Source: a bacterium (GTDB lineage Bacteria > UBA8248 > JACPRG01 > G963555815). From it: DNA of 64,000 bases. The stretch lies in contig OZ244653.1 in NCBI GenBank assembly GCA_965218795.1, positions 1,856,001 through 1,920,000 on the forward strand. Reading direction: 5' to 3'. Both the position numbers and the translations under genes were made by a program. Shown here one piece after another: positions 55,714 through 64,000 of the stretch (within the stretch, counting starts at the first letter, position 1; the number at the start of each line of letters is the position of its first letter). The notes beneath the pieces were generated by a model, which did no database searches, was not told the origin of the DNA, and saw only the letters and a list, made by a program, of their open reading frames with translations.

Positions 55714-58227
55714 TGTAAACGGCGGTGTAAAACTGTCCCACTGAGGCGGTCGGATATTCTGGCCGCGGCGGTCTAAAAGTGGACCGCTCTTTGGTCTTCC
55801 TTCAGGTTGTGCAGGATACGACCTGAAGGGAGGCTGGAGGATGTACTCAGTGGAACTGTACGCACGGGTTCGGCACGCCTGCCGCGTAGAAGGGATGAGC
55901 ATCCGCGAAGCGGCGCGGGCGTTTGGTTTGCACCGGGACACGGTGCGCAAGATGCTGCGGTTTTCGTACCGCCCGGGTATCAGCGGAGTCATCCCCGGGC
56001 GAGGCCGAAGCTGGATCCGTTTACGGGTGTGATCGACCACATCGTGGAGGGGGACCGGAAGTGTGTGAGGAGACAGCGTCACACGGCCAAGCGGATCTTC
56101 GAGAGGCTGCGCGACGAGCACGGTTTCACGGGCGGTTACAGCATCGTGAAGGACTACGTGCGGGAGCGGCGGTAGCGGTCCCAGGAGATGTTCGTTCCCC
56201 TGGTCCACCCATCCGGCCATGGCCAGGCGGATTTTGGCGAGGCCCTGGCGGAGATTGCCGGGGTGGAGGGGAAGGTATCGTTTTTCACCTTCGATTTGCC
56301 CCACAGCGACATGGGTTTCGTGAAGGCCTATCCTGCGGAGAGGACCGAATCCTTCTGCGACGGTCATAACGCGGCCTTCGCCTTCATCGGCGGTGTCTCC
56401 CACAGCATTCTCTACGACAACACCAAGCTTGCGGTGGCACGCATCCTGGGCGATGGGAAGCGTCAGCGCACCCGGGCCTTTAGTGAGTTGCAGTCCCACT
56501 ACCTGTTCAAAGAACGTTTTGGCCGTCTGGGCAAGCCGAATGACAAGGGGAAGGTCGAAAACCTAGTGGGCTATGTCCGGCGGAACTTTTTCGTTCCCAT
56601 CCCGCGCTTTGAGAGCTTCGAGGCCCTCAATGCCCACCTGGAGGAGCAGTGCCGGAAGCGGTGGGGAGCACGCCTGCGTGGGCACAGAGAGAGCATCGGC
56701 GAGCGCTTTGAGCGGGACCGGCAGGTCCTTTTGCCGTTGCCGCCGGTGCCGTACGACGCCTGTGAGAAGAGCGGTACGCGGGTGAGCTCTCTGTCTTTGG
56801 TGCGCTACCGGGGCAACGACTACTCGGTTCCCGTGGCTTACGGCCACCGTGAGGTGCTGGTTCGGGGCTACGTGCACGAGGTGGTCATCACCTGCGGGAC
56901 GGAGGAGATTGCCCGTCACCGGCGCTCCTGCGAGCGGGAGGACCTGGTCTTCAACCCGCTGCATTACCTGGCGCTGATTGAGAAGAAGATCGGTGCACTG
57001 GATCAGGCGGCGCCCCTGGCCGGGTGGGAGTTGCCCGAGGCATTCGGCACGCTGCGCAGGCTGCTTGAAGCGCGCATGGGCAAGGCCGGCAAGCGGGAGT
57101 ACGTCCAGGTCCTGCGGCTGCTCGAGACGTTCGGGTTGGAGGAAGTTGACGCCGGGGTCCGGGATGCCCTGCGGCTGGGAACCATCGGCTTCGATGCGGT
57201 CAAACACCTGATGCTGTGCCGCATCGAGCGCAGGCCTGCCCGGCTGAACCTGGAGGTCTATCCCTATCTGCCGCGCGCCCGGGTTGCGACAACCTCCGCC
57301 CGGGCGTACCTGGACCTGCTCACGGGGGTGCGGCCGTGAAGGAGACTCCCCAGGTGCTCCTGGCCCATCACCTCAAGGCGCTCAAGCTGCCCACCTTCGG
57401 GAGGGAATACGACAAGGTCGCCCGGCAGTGCGCCGCCGAGGGGGTCGACCACGTGCGTTTTTTGATGCGCCTGTCCGAGCTGGAGCTGATTGACCGGGAG
57501 CGCCGGATGGTGGAGCGGCGAATCAAGGCGGCGCGCTTCCCGGCGGTCAAGAGCCTGGAGAGCTTCGACTTCCTGGCTCTGCCCTCCCTCAACAAGACGC
57601 TGGTTGTGGAACTGGCGAGGTGTGAGTACATCGAACGGCGCGAGAACGTGATTGCCCTGGGCAACAGCGGCACAGGCAAGACCCACATCGCTCTGGGTCT
57701 CGGGCTTGCGGCGTGTCAGAAGGGGTTGTCCGTCGGCTTCACAACCGCCGCCGCGCTGGTCAACGGGTTGCTCGAAGCGCGTGACGAAAAGCGTCAGCTG
57801 CGCCTTCAGAAGCAACTGGCCGCCTACAAGCTTCTGATCATCGATGAACTGGGCTTCGTGCCCTGTCCAAGACCGGCGCCGAACTGCTGTTCGAGGTCTT
57901 CAGCCAGCGCTATGAGCGCGGCTCTATCCTGGCGACGAGCAACCTGCCGTTCGACGAGTGGACCGAGATCTTCGGCTCCGAGCGGCTGACCGGCGCCCTG
58001 CTCGACCGCCTGACGCATCACGTCCACATCCTGGAGATGAACGGCGAAAGCTATCGGCTCAGGCAAAGTAGGAAACGGCGCTCAAACAAACAAGCAAAGC
58101 CTCAAGACTCCGTCCCAATGGAGTGAGGCCACAACCCAGGAAGGGGGCCCATGGGCCCCCTTCTTCACACACCAGGTGGGACACTTTTACGCCGCCACGC
58201 CGGTACACTTTTACTCCGCCCTTGACA
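55714..58227 (+). mobile_element. IS21-family element with degenerate istA (55841-57339) and istB (57336-58126)
   Basis: TGTAAACGGCGGTGTAAAA...TTTTACTCCGCCCTTGACA ends; istA GQADFGE, YDNTK, KGKVE with a frameshift near 55970 and TAG at 56173; istB GNSGTGKTH, IIDELGFV with a frameshift near 57865. Confidence 0.92.
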
Positions 58228-58671
58228 ATCCTTCTCCAAGACCACTTGGTTGTCGCGGAAATCCTCAACCATCGTGACTTCGACGTATCGGGCGGAGTCG
58301 GCGTTCTTCTTGGGAATTTTGTCCAGTTCGATGTTCCCGGCCCTCACCTCTTCCACCGCTTCCAGCCATTGGCTCAGGACCTCTTCATCCTTTCGCTCGA
58401 AGAACCTGTGGACCTCTTCCTTGAACTCATTGAAGGCGGCGGGGTCTTCCGCAATATCCTCCAGGATTTCGTTGAAGTTCTTCCGGAACTTCAGATAGGC
58501 GTCATAGATTTCCTCTCCCCCAGCCGACAGGTCCGCCGGCTGAACACCGTCCATCCAAACGCCTTCTTCCTCCTGGGAGGCCAGGACGCTTCCATGCGCC
58601 ACCACGTTCGCCAGGAAACCGTTACCGTAGACTTTCTGCTGGAAGGTAAACAGTAGGGGCCACCGGCTCAT
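58165..58671 (-). CDS. Hypothetical acidic protein, possible HicB-like fold; 3' end replaced by the IS21 right end
   Basis: EEEGVWMDGVQPADLSAGGEEIYDAYLKFRKNF pattern; GGAGG RBS; reads into the IS21 IR. Confidence 0.45.
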   Translation of the reverse strand: MSRWPLLFTFQQKVYGNGFLANVVAHGSVLASQEEEGVWMDGVQPADLSAGGEEIYDAYLKFRKNFNEILEDIAEDPAAFNEFKEEVHRFFERKDEEVLSQWLEAVEEVRAGNIELDKIPKKNADSARYVEVTMVEDFRDNQVVLEKDCQGRSKSVPAWRRKSVPPGV

Positions 58672-58957
58672 GCCTTTTCCTCCTGCATTTTTCCGCCAAA
58701 ACACCAATTCACCCGCCTGGAGACGCACCTTTCCTCTCCAGGCTTATAAAATTGGGTGGTCAACTGAAGCATGAACTTGAATATAGATGAGAGAACATCC
58801 CGTGCCAAGGGCGGGTGAAAAATTGTTGATTTCCCCTGTCTGCTGCTCAAGTTTTTGGCAGGAAACCTTGAATCTGCAAGTTTAGACCCGAATGTCATAT
58901 TACCGTAGGCGACTCCGACAACCTTCGAGGGGCACTCCCGACCGAAGCGCTCGATGT

Positions 58958-59335
58958 GGATTCCCGCCTTTGATTGAAGCATTCGAGGGCATGCTTGAGC
59001 GGCAATGACGGGCTGGGGGCGTGTCCCCGAAGGCTCCTATTCGAGGCCATGCCGCAGTGGCTTCCCGTCCTCGTCCGGCAACAAGGCCACTCCCTTTGCC
59101 GCGTGAAGGCGAATGGCCGTCTCCCCCCACCGGAAAATCCGCGGGCTGTGCCCTTGATTTGCCGACTCCCCCTCAAGGGGGGAGTGATTGAAGAAACAGG
59201 GGCGGGCATGACGTGACGCAGGGGGGTTCGCAGGCAGGAGGTCCTTGGGGAGATGAGGGTTTGGTCGGAAGGCTTGAGGCGGCATGGGGCCGTATCCTGC
59301 AAAGGTGGAAAACTGGACGAAAAAAGGCATCAGAA
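58958..59335 (+). repeat. Third, diverged copy of the composite palindromic repeat
   Basis: Shares TCCGGCAACAAGGCC, CCCCCCACCGGAAAATC, CCCTTGATTTGCCGACTCCCCCTCAAGGGGGGAGTGATT and GCATGGGGCCGTATCCTGCAAAGG with 48970-49310. Confidence 0.88.
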
Positions 59336-59509
59336 TAAATGTGGATGGGGTCACTTGATCCCCTTCGCCGCCCGGTCCTCCAGCCTCAAAAGCCGCTTCG
59401 GACTGGGAGGCCATACCGTTTTTGATCAGGATGTTTGAAGGGTGGGGCTGGAGACTGAGAACCTCTTGAGCTTGAGTTGCCAGCCCAACCTCACGCTCCC
59501 CCGCAGGGG

Positions 59510-59625
59510 ATGCTCCAGAGATAGAGCCAGTTGCGGCTCATGCCCCATCGCCGGCAGGCGTCCGATACGTTACCCAGGACCGCAGCCAGCTGCAGGATGC
59601 TGAGTCGATGATTCATAACCTTTTC
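59510..59625 (-). pseudogene. IS481-like transposase N-terminal HTH fragment
   Basis: HRLSILQLAAVLGNVSDACRRWGMSRNWLYLW. Confidence 0.6.
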
Positions 59626-59733
59626 TCTGCCGTTGTCATGGCTCCTCCCGCTCTGTCTTCTTCGGTCTTCCGGGGACCTCATGCCCCCTTTGAAAGAGTT
59701 CATCTGTCCGGGAAGAAACCTAAGTCGTACAGT

Positions 59734-60450
59734 TTAAACATTAATCCGTGATGCATTCAGAAATTCGCATTCGAACCGTGCCGCCTCCGTAAGCCGTGAC
59801 GATACAGTTGGCCATGCTTGGGTAATTTTGTTTTGTCTATGTCGGTAGTCATGTACGTTTTTCTTGAATCGTATCTGCTTTGGCAGGGTAGTGAGTTGGC
59901 CTCCAGGGTTGAGATTACATTCCCAATCGGCTCGTCGAACCCGGTTATTGCTCGGGCAGATAGCGGCCAATACCCAGGCTTCGGTACTTTTGGAAGGCGT
60001 ACATAAGACAACCTGCGGGGGACAAGTTTGTTCTCCAAGCCAGTTGAGAATAACTGATCGCAATGCGTTGGTGGTTCCACTTGGAGGTGGACAGGGTTCG
60101 TGACAGGGCAAATCGTTGCAGGGCGCATCATCAATATTTCCGCTGGAGTATGTTTTGTGTGCAACGTCGGCGTCTACATGCACTATTAATACGTCATGAT
60201 GCGATAATGCCGATGAACCGGACACGGACCCCTGACCCTCTAAAGCTGATTGGCGGCTCCAACGATAAACGCCGACCCATCCAATTCCCGTATCGGTGAA
60301 TTGCGTGGAGCCGAAGGCGACGGATCCCTCCGGCTGCAAGATCTGGAACTCAAATTCGGTATCTGGCAACATTACATCCAAAATTGCTCGAAGCATGATT
60401 GCGTCAGTTGGTCCTTCGACGGCAGCGGCGATGCACAACGGGTCAGACAT
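59734..60450 (-). CDS. DUF4276/RloB-like TOPRIM-fold protein
   Basis: AVEGPTD, LIVHVDAD, PSKSTEAWVLA; overlaps the ATPase stop. Confidence 0.7.
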   Translation of the reverse strand: MSDPLCIAAAVEGPTDAIMLRAILDVMLPDTEFEFQILQPEGSVAFGSTQFTDTGIGWVGVYRWSRQSALEGQGSVSGSSALSHHDVLIVHVDADVAHKTYSSGNIDDAPCNDLPCHEPCPPPSGTTNALRSVILNWLGEQTCPPQVVLCTPSKSTEAWVLAAICPSNNRVRRADWECNLNPGGQLTTLPKQIRFKKNVHDYRHRQNKITQAWPTVSSRLTEAARFECEFLNASRINV

Positions 60451-61633
60451 CAGGAACACCTCCCAGATGTCCCATCACCCACAATCGAGATAGTGACCAG
60501 CCCTGCTTTGCTTTCTCCGATAGCGTACGGTCAACTTTGACACGACGGATGGACGTGCGGCCGGTATTGGTTCGGGATACGGTGAACAACCGCACACGAT
60601 CATCCTGTAAAGGCAGTCCGTCCAATACTAATGGATTATGTGTGGTCAACAAAATCTGGCGCACCATTTCCGCGTCGAGATACCATTGACACAAGTGATC
60701 CATCAGAGATCGCGCCAATCTCGGGTTTAGTCCGTGATCCGCGTTGTCCACTGCACAGAGATCCGGACTTGCTTCGTGGCCGGCGACAACCGCGAGAAAC
60801 AAGGCATACAACGCGCCTTCGGAAGCGTCATAGCCAGAGAGGACGTTTCGTTTCTCGCGCATGAACCGGTCGCGAAACCGAATCACGGTTTTCGAAGCTG
60901 CTGCGGTCGGAGAAAGCGGAAGACGATCGGCCGACACCGAACCGAAGCTTTTGGCCCAATCAATGAGGCCCAGCACGTCTTGGCAAATCCGCTTACCACG
61001 CATATCTCGCTTGCGCTGCTTGAGCAGTTCCAATATTGCCTGTGGAAGGTTGCCTCCATACAAACCCACTGGCTTTCTTGGCTGAGTTTCGGGCGCAACG
61101 CCACGTAGGACCGCGGTTGTTGGAGAAAAAATGACGTAACCTTGAAGCAATCTCAGAAGATCAGGTGCATCCCCGGTAGTGATTTCGACCGCCTTCAGTG
61201 CTGCTATTCCGCGAGTAAGATTAGTTCTGTTTGCTTGTGCGGGTGAACGTCCAACCAGTTTCTCGTTGTCAATTTCCCACAACTCCGTTTTGAATCGCCA
61301 AGCGGGACCGGGATCGTTCAATGGGTTGTGTAGCGAGACTTCGTATTTTGCTTGTCCGCCGAGCGCGCCAAAAAACAAATGTGGAGGAATTCGCTTGCGG
61401 TTTCTCGCGGGAAAGGCGGATTTGTATAATGCGGGAAGGCCAGGCCGGACACCGCGAGCAAGCAAGGTCTGGTCGTCAACTTTTCCGTCTGCTGCAGCTG
61501 AGAGGATCCCCAACGCTTCCAGCAGATTGCTTTTTCCACTGCCGTTGGCGCCAATGAAGACGTTCACCAGTCCGAGTTCAACCGTTACGTCCTCCAAGGA
61601 CTTAAATGTTCTTATCGACAGTTTCTCCAGCAT
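60443..61633 (-). CDS. AAA_21/ABC-type ATPase
   Basis: IRTFKSL, IGANGSGKSNLLEAL, signature ASEG, Walker B/D-loop AVDNADHGLNP, ILLTTHNP. Confidence 0.88.
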   Translation of the reverse strand: MLEKLSIRTFKSLEDVTVELGLVNVFIGANGSGKSNLLEALGILSAAADGKVDDQTLLARGVRPGLPALYKSAFPARNRKRIPPHLFFGALGGQAKYEVSLHNPLNDPGPAWRFKTELWEIDNEKLVGRSPAQANRTNLTRGIAALKAVEITTGDAPDLLRLLQGYVIFSPTTAVLRGVAPETQPRKPVGLYGGNLPQAILELLKQRKRDMRGKRICQDVLGLIDWAKSFGSVSADRLPLSPTAAASKTVIRFRDRFMREKRNVLSGYDASEGALYALFLAVVAGHEASPDLCAVDNADHGLNPRLARSLMDHLCQWYLDAEMVRQILLTTHNPLVLDGLPLQDDRVRLFTVSRTNTGRTSIRRVKVDRTLSEKAKQGWSLSRLWVMGHLGGVPDV

Positions 61634-61789
61634 TTAGTCCAGCCCTCCGGTTCCGTGAATCACCATATCCGCGGCCCGAACGGGGCGTCAAGCTGCGGTA
61701 ATCATTCCTGTTATCGGCGGATAGGCTACCTCCATGAGCATAATCGGTGTTGCGGCTCCTGAAGTTCATCGTAAAGGGTAATCGGTGTC

Positions 61790-62255
61790 AATTGTGGAGG
61801 CGGTGGGAACTTGCTGAATCGTTCCCACTCAATAGGTTGCCGTCGATGCTTCTAGTGATGCGAGCCGCTGCAGTCTGGATAGAATCGCGGGCGAGGTGCG
61901 GGTATCGGGCCGTTGTCTGAACTTGAGTGTGGCCCAGAAGTTTTCCAATCATTGTCAGGCTTTCGCCCAGCGCCGGCGTTTATTAAGCGAAACAATATCG
62001 AATGTCATGAATCCGTATATCCACCAGTCCCGCCCGCGTCCGGCTCCGCCGCCAGGGGCGCTGCAGAACGGTGAGCAGGAAGCTGTGCCTGAGATCGGCC
62101 ATGACCGGCTTGGCGTCGCGCGGATCGATGCCTTTCTTCGCCAAAGCCCGTATTTTCAGCGCCTGCGCTTCCTCGGGTGCGAGGGGCCCGTGGGGGCCGA
62201 TGGTGAACCAACGCAGCTTGCCGGCGACACGCCTGGAGAAAACCACGTTCGACAC
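61790..62255 (-). pseudogene. Tyrosine integrase remnant, heavily deleted
   Basis: RRVAGKLRWFTIGPHGPL (arm domain) joined to DIRIHDIRYCFA* and LGESLTMIGKLLGHTQVQTTARYPHL. Confidence 0.78.
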
Positions 62256-62273
62256 AGAGGCGTAGCCTACAAA

Positions 62274-62318
62274 CTCATCACCTGAAAATCACAGGTTCAA
62301 ATGCTACCCCCGCAACCA
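62274..62318 (+). other. Degenerate 3' half of tRNA-fMet, probable att site
   Basis: CTCATCACCTGAAAATCACAGGTTCAAATGCTACCCCCGCAACCA resembles the anticodon-to-CCA portion of initiator tRNA; no 5' half; next to the integrase remnant. Confidence 0.7.
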
Positions 62319-62544
62319 AAGAAAACGCCTTCAACTCAATGGGTTGGCGGTGTTTCGTTTTGCGAGCCAGCTCCTATAAGACCGGACTGGCAAAACATTA
62401 GCGAACACTTTGAATCAAACTCCAGCGTACTCAAGAGTACGCCTGACATCGCTCCGGCCACGGGCCTGATGCAAACATCGAACGGCAACGAATAGTCCGG
62501 CATGATATGTTCGCCGACCGGTCTCGACGGTATCAAGCTCTTGT

Positions 62545-63231
62545 CTACTTATCGCTTTTCCTTCTTTCATCAATCTGATGAAAAAGAAGGCTTCCAAGCA
62601 TCAACAGGTGGCACGCTCGATCTGGGTTAATCTCTGTATTTGCATGGGCATTCGGATTGCGAATCGCCTGCATCGCGCCCGCAAAGATGTGAGAATAGCC
62701 CTCTTGAATGTTCCGACCAGACTCTGTTGCGAGGTCGCCCAAAAGGATTACTGGGTCATCACACCGCAACGCCTTCCTCATAAGGTCCCGGCCGTCGAGT
62801 TCTGTCCCCTTTTCCGCTCGATATAGCTCTTTCACGTTGCTGTTCAGCTCTTTGAACGTAGCTTCCACGGCGTCTGCGTAGTGGCCTGCTTCAAACCGAG
62901 GCTTTGCCAGCTTGGCGACCGTGGAATGCATCAGGGACCAATATCCGGAGTCCTCAATTTTCTGATGCTCCGCTAGCGTCCACGGATAAGGCTTGCCGCA
63001 ACTGCCACAAAACGCCGGTCTCTTTGGGAACTGCCACGGCTTCCCATCAAACTTCGATTTCCAGGTAACAAAAGCATTTCCAAGTTGGACGTTACACGAG
63101 GGACAGTCGGACAGATAAGGTTCCCCGCATTTCCAGCAAAAAGTGTCATGCTCACTAGAAGAACCTTCTTCCCAATACAGCATGTGACCGTTTGGGCACC
63201 GCTCAAAGAAGTATCTAGTATTCGTCATCAA
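62545..63231 (-). CDS. DUF2321 zinc-finger domain fused to TIGR02391/Ymh HEPN domain
   Basis: CPNGH...FCWKCG...CPSC...PAFCGSCGKPYPWT; then HYADAVEATFK...GAMQAIRNPNAH (RxxxxH). Confidence 0.82.
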   Translation of the reverse strand: MMTNTRYFFERCPNGHMLYWEEGSSSEHDTFCWKCGEPYLSDCPSCNVQLGNAFVTWKSKFDGKPWQFPKRPAFCGSCGKPYPWTLAEHQKIEDSGYWSLMHSTVAKLAKPRFEAGHYADAVEATFKELNSNVKELYRAEKGTELDGRDLMRKALRCDDPVILLGDLATESGRNIQEGYSHIFAGAMQAIRNPNAHANTEINPDRACHLLMLGSLLFHQIDERRKSDK

Positions 63232-63405
63232 TCAATCCCTTCCGGGTTCTTCACGGCGACTACATGGTTACATTGTGCCTCAGAGCTTCCGAAAACATCT
63301 CAAACGACACAAAATCTATATGCTGGAGTCGAGGCTACCTGACGAATCCGGCGGCCAGCCAGCAGAACGGCGGCGGCAAAGGAAACCTCCAGGGCCCGGT
63401 GCGGG

Positions 63406-64000
63406 TCAGGCGGCAAGGGTCTCGTGCAGGAGGGCGTCGAGCAGGAGGTGGCGGGTTTGGTCGCGGGTGGCGAGGCTGGCTTCCAGGCGGTCGCACAGGG
63501 CCATCAGTTTATCGACCCTGGCGACAATGCGATGCTGTTCGGCAAGGGGTGGAATGGGAATGACCGTTTCGTTGATTTGTTTAGCACTAAGATTCGGGAT
63601 TGCCGTTCCAAAAGATATTTCTAGGTTTTTAGCGACAATCGTTTCGAAGAAAATTCTCACAAAACTAACATCAATAAGAAATGTCTCGATTCGTCCAACA
63701 CGCTGGTTGAGAAGCAGTCTCTCGCCGGTCCTATTAAACGCAACCTTGCCGGTGGTTGCGCCTGACATGGCGATAAGAAGCGCATCAACGGGAATCCATG
63801 TCTCCTGTTCGACAGACTCTGCAATTTTCTCAGAAACGCAAACGGCATTCGATAAATCGACCTCCCCTGCATGCAGATCACCGATACGGATAACAGGTAT
63901 GCCATGCGATTGAAAATCTGCACTTTTAAAGGCAAACCCATTCGAGAGTTTAATAATTTCTCCTAAATAGGCTAATCGCCAACCGGTCGGAATCTCAAGA
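63406..64000 (-). CDS. hsdS: Type I R-M specificity subunit, C-terminal part (starts beyond the window)
   Basis: EIPTGWRLAYLGEI...NGFAFKS...LLIAMSGATTGKV...LNQRVG...IPIPPLAEQHRIVARVDKLMALCDRLE. Confidence 0.92.
   Translation of the reverse strand, partial: LEIPTGWRLAYLGEIIKLSNGFAFKSADFQSHGIPVIRIGDLHAGEVDLSNAVCVSEKIAESVEQETWIPVDALLIAMSGATTGKVAFNRTGERLLLNQRVGRIETFLIDVSFVRIFFETIVAKNLEISFGTAIPNLSAKQINETVIPIPPLAEQHRIVARVDKLMALCDRLEASLATRDQTRHLLLDALLHETLAA

Noticed and set aside
58668-58900. Possible HicA-like toxin upstream of the HicB-like gene
   Set aside because: Only a weak IFHPP resemblance and no convincing start; not supportable.
62274-62318. Functional tRNA-Met gene
   Set aside because: The 5' half is absent and the T-stem is mismatched; kept only as an att remnant.

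Overview
GC-rich, heavily rearranged accessory region that combines a defence island with decayed conjugative/integrative elements. Left to right: (1) 5' half of a type 1 BREX locus on the minus strand (brxA-brxB-brxC-pglX; pglX runs off the left edge and is missing from the ORF track); (2) a HEPN-like gene and gene debris, including a P19/FetP-like domain fused to a cytochrome c'-like domain; (3) a conjugative leading-region module (RHH gene, MOBF-type oriT, DUF2493 SLOG, TOPRIM pseudogene, ssb, small acidic ORF, 4-Zn-ribbon protein, cro/cI remnants) whose ssb-to-nic part is repeated in inverted orientation at 25.4-29.0 kb; (4) between those copies, a 1.5-kaa REase-like/NACHT/helical-repeat protein; (5) a 7.4-kb cassette (two tandem tyrosine integrases, a low-GC HEPN gene, a helicase-less Type ISP/IIG R-M enzyme) bounded by two directly repeated F-like nic sites; (6) a second RHH gene coupled to a RecD2 helicase with a chimeric C-terminus; (7) an IS3-interrupted cyclase fragment, an intact DUF1302-DUF1329-YCF48-RND transport operon, a DMT transporter and a DAK2-DegV fusion; (8) IS3 and IS21 elements, an AAA ATPase plus TOPRIM-like pair, an integrase remnant beside a degenerate tRNA-fMet 3' end, a DUF2321-Ymh(HEPN) fusion and the end of a Type I hsdS. 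The best unannotated signal is the set of three MOBF nic sites with a covarying hairpin; two of them carry an IHF-like site, their own operator repeats and their own RHH gene, yet no relaxase is encoded in the window. No CRISPR array, rRNA or complete tRNA was seen. All family calls come from motif recognition by eye; no database search was run.
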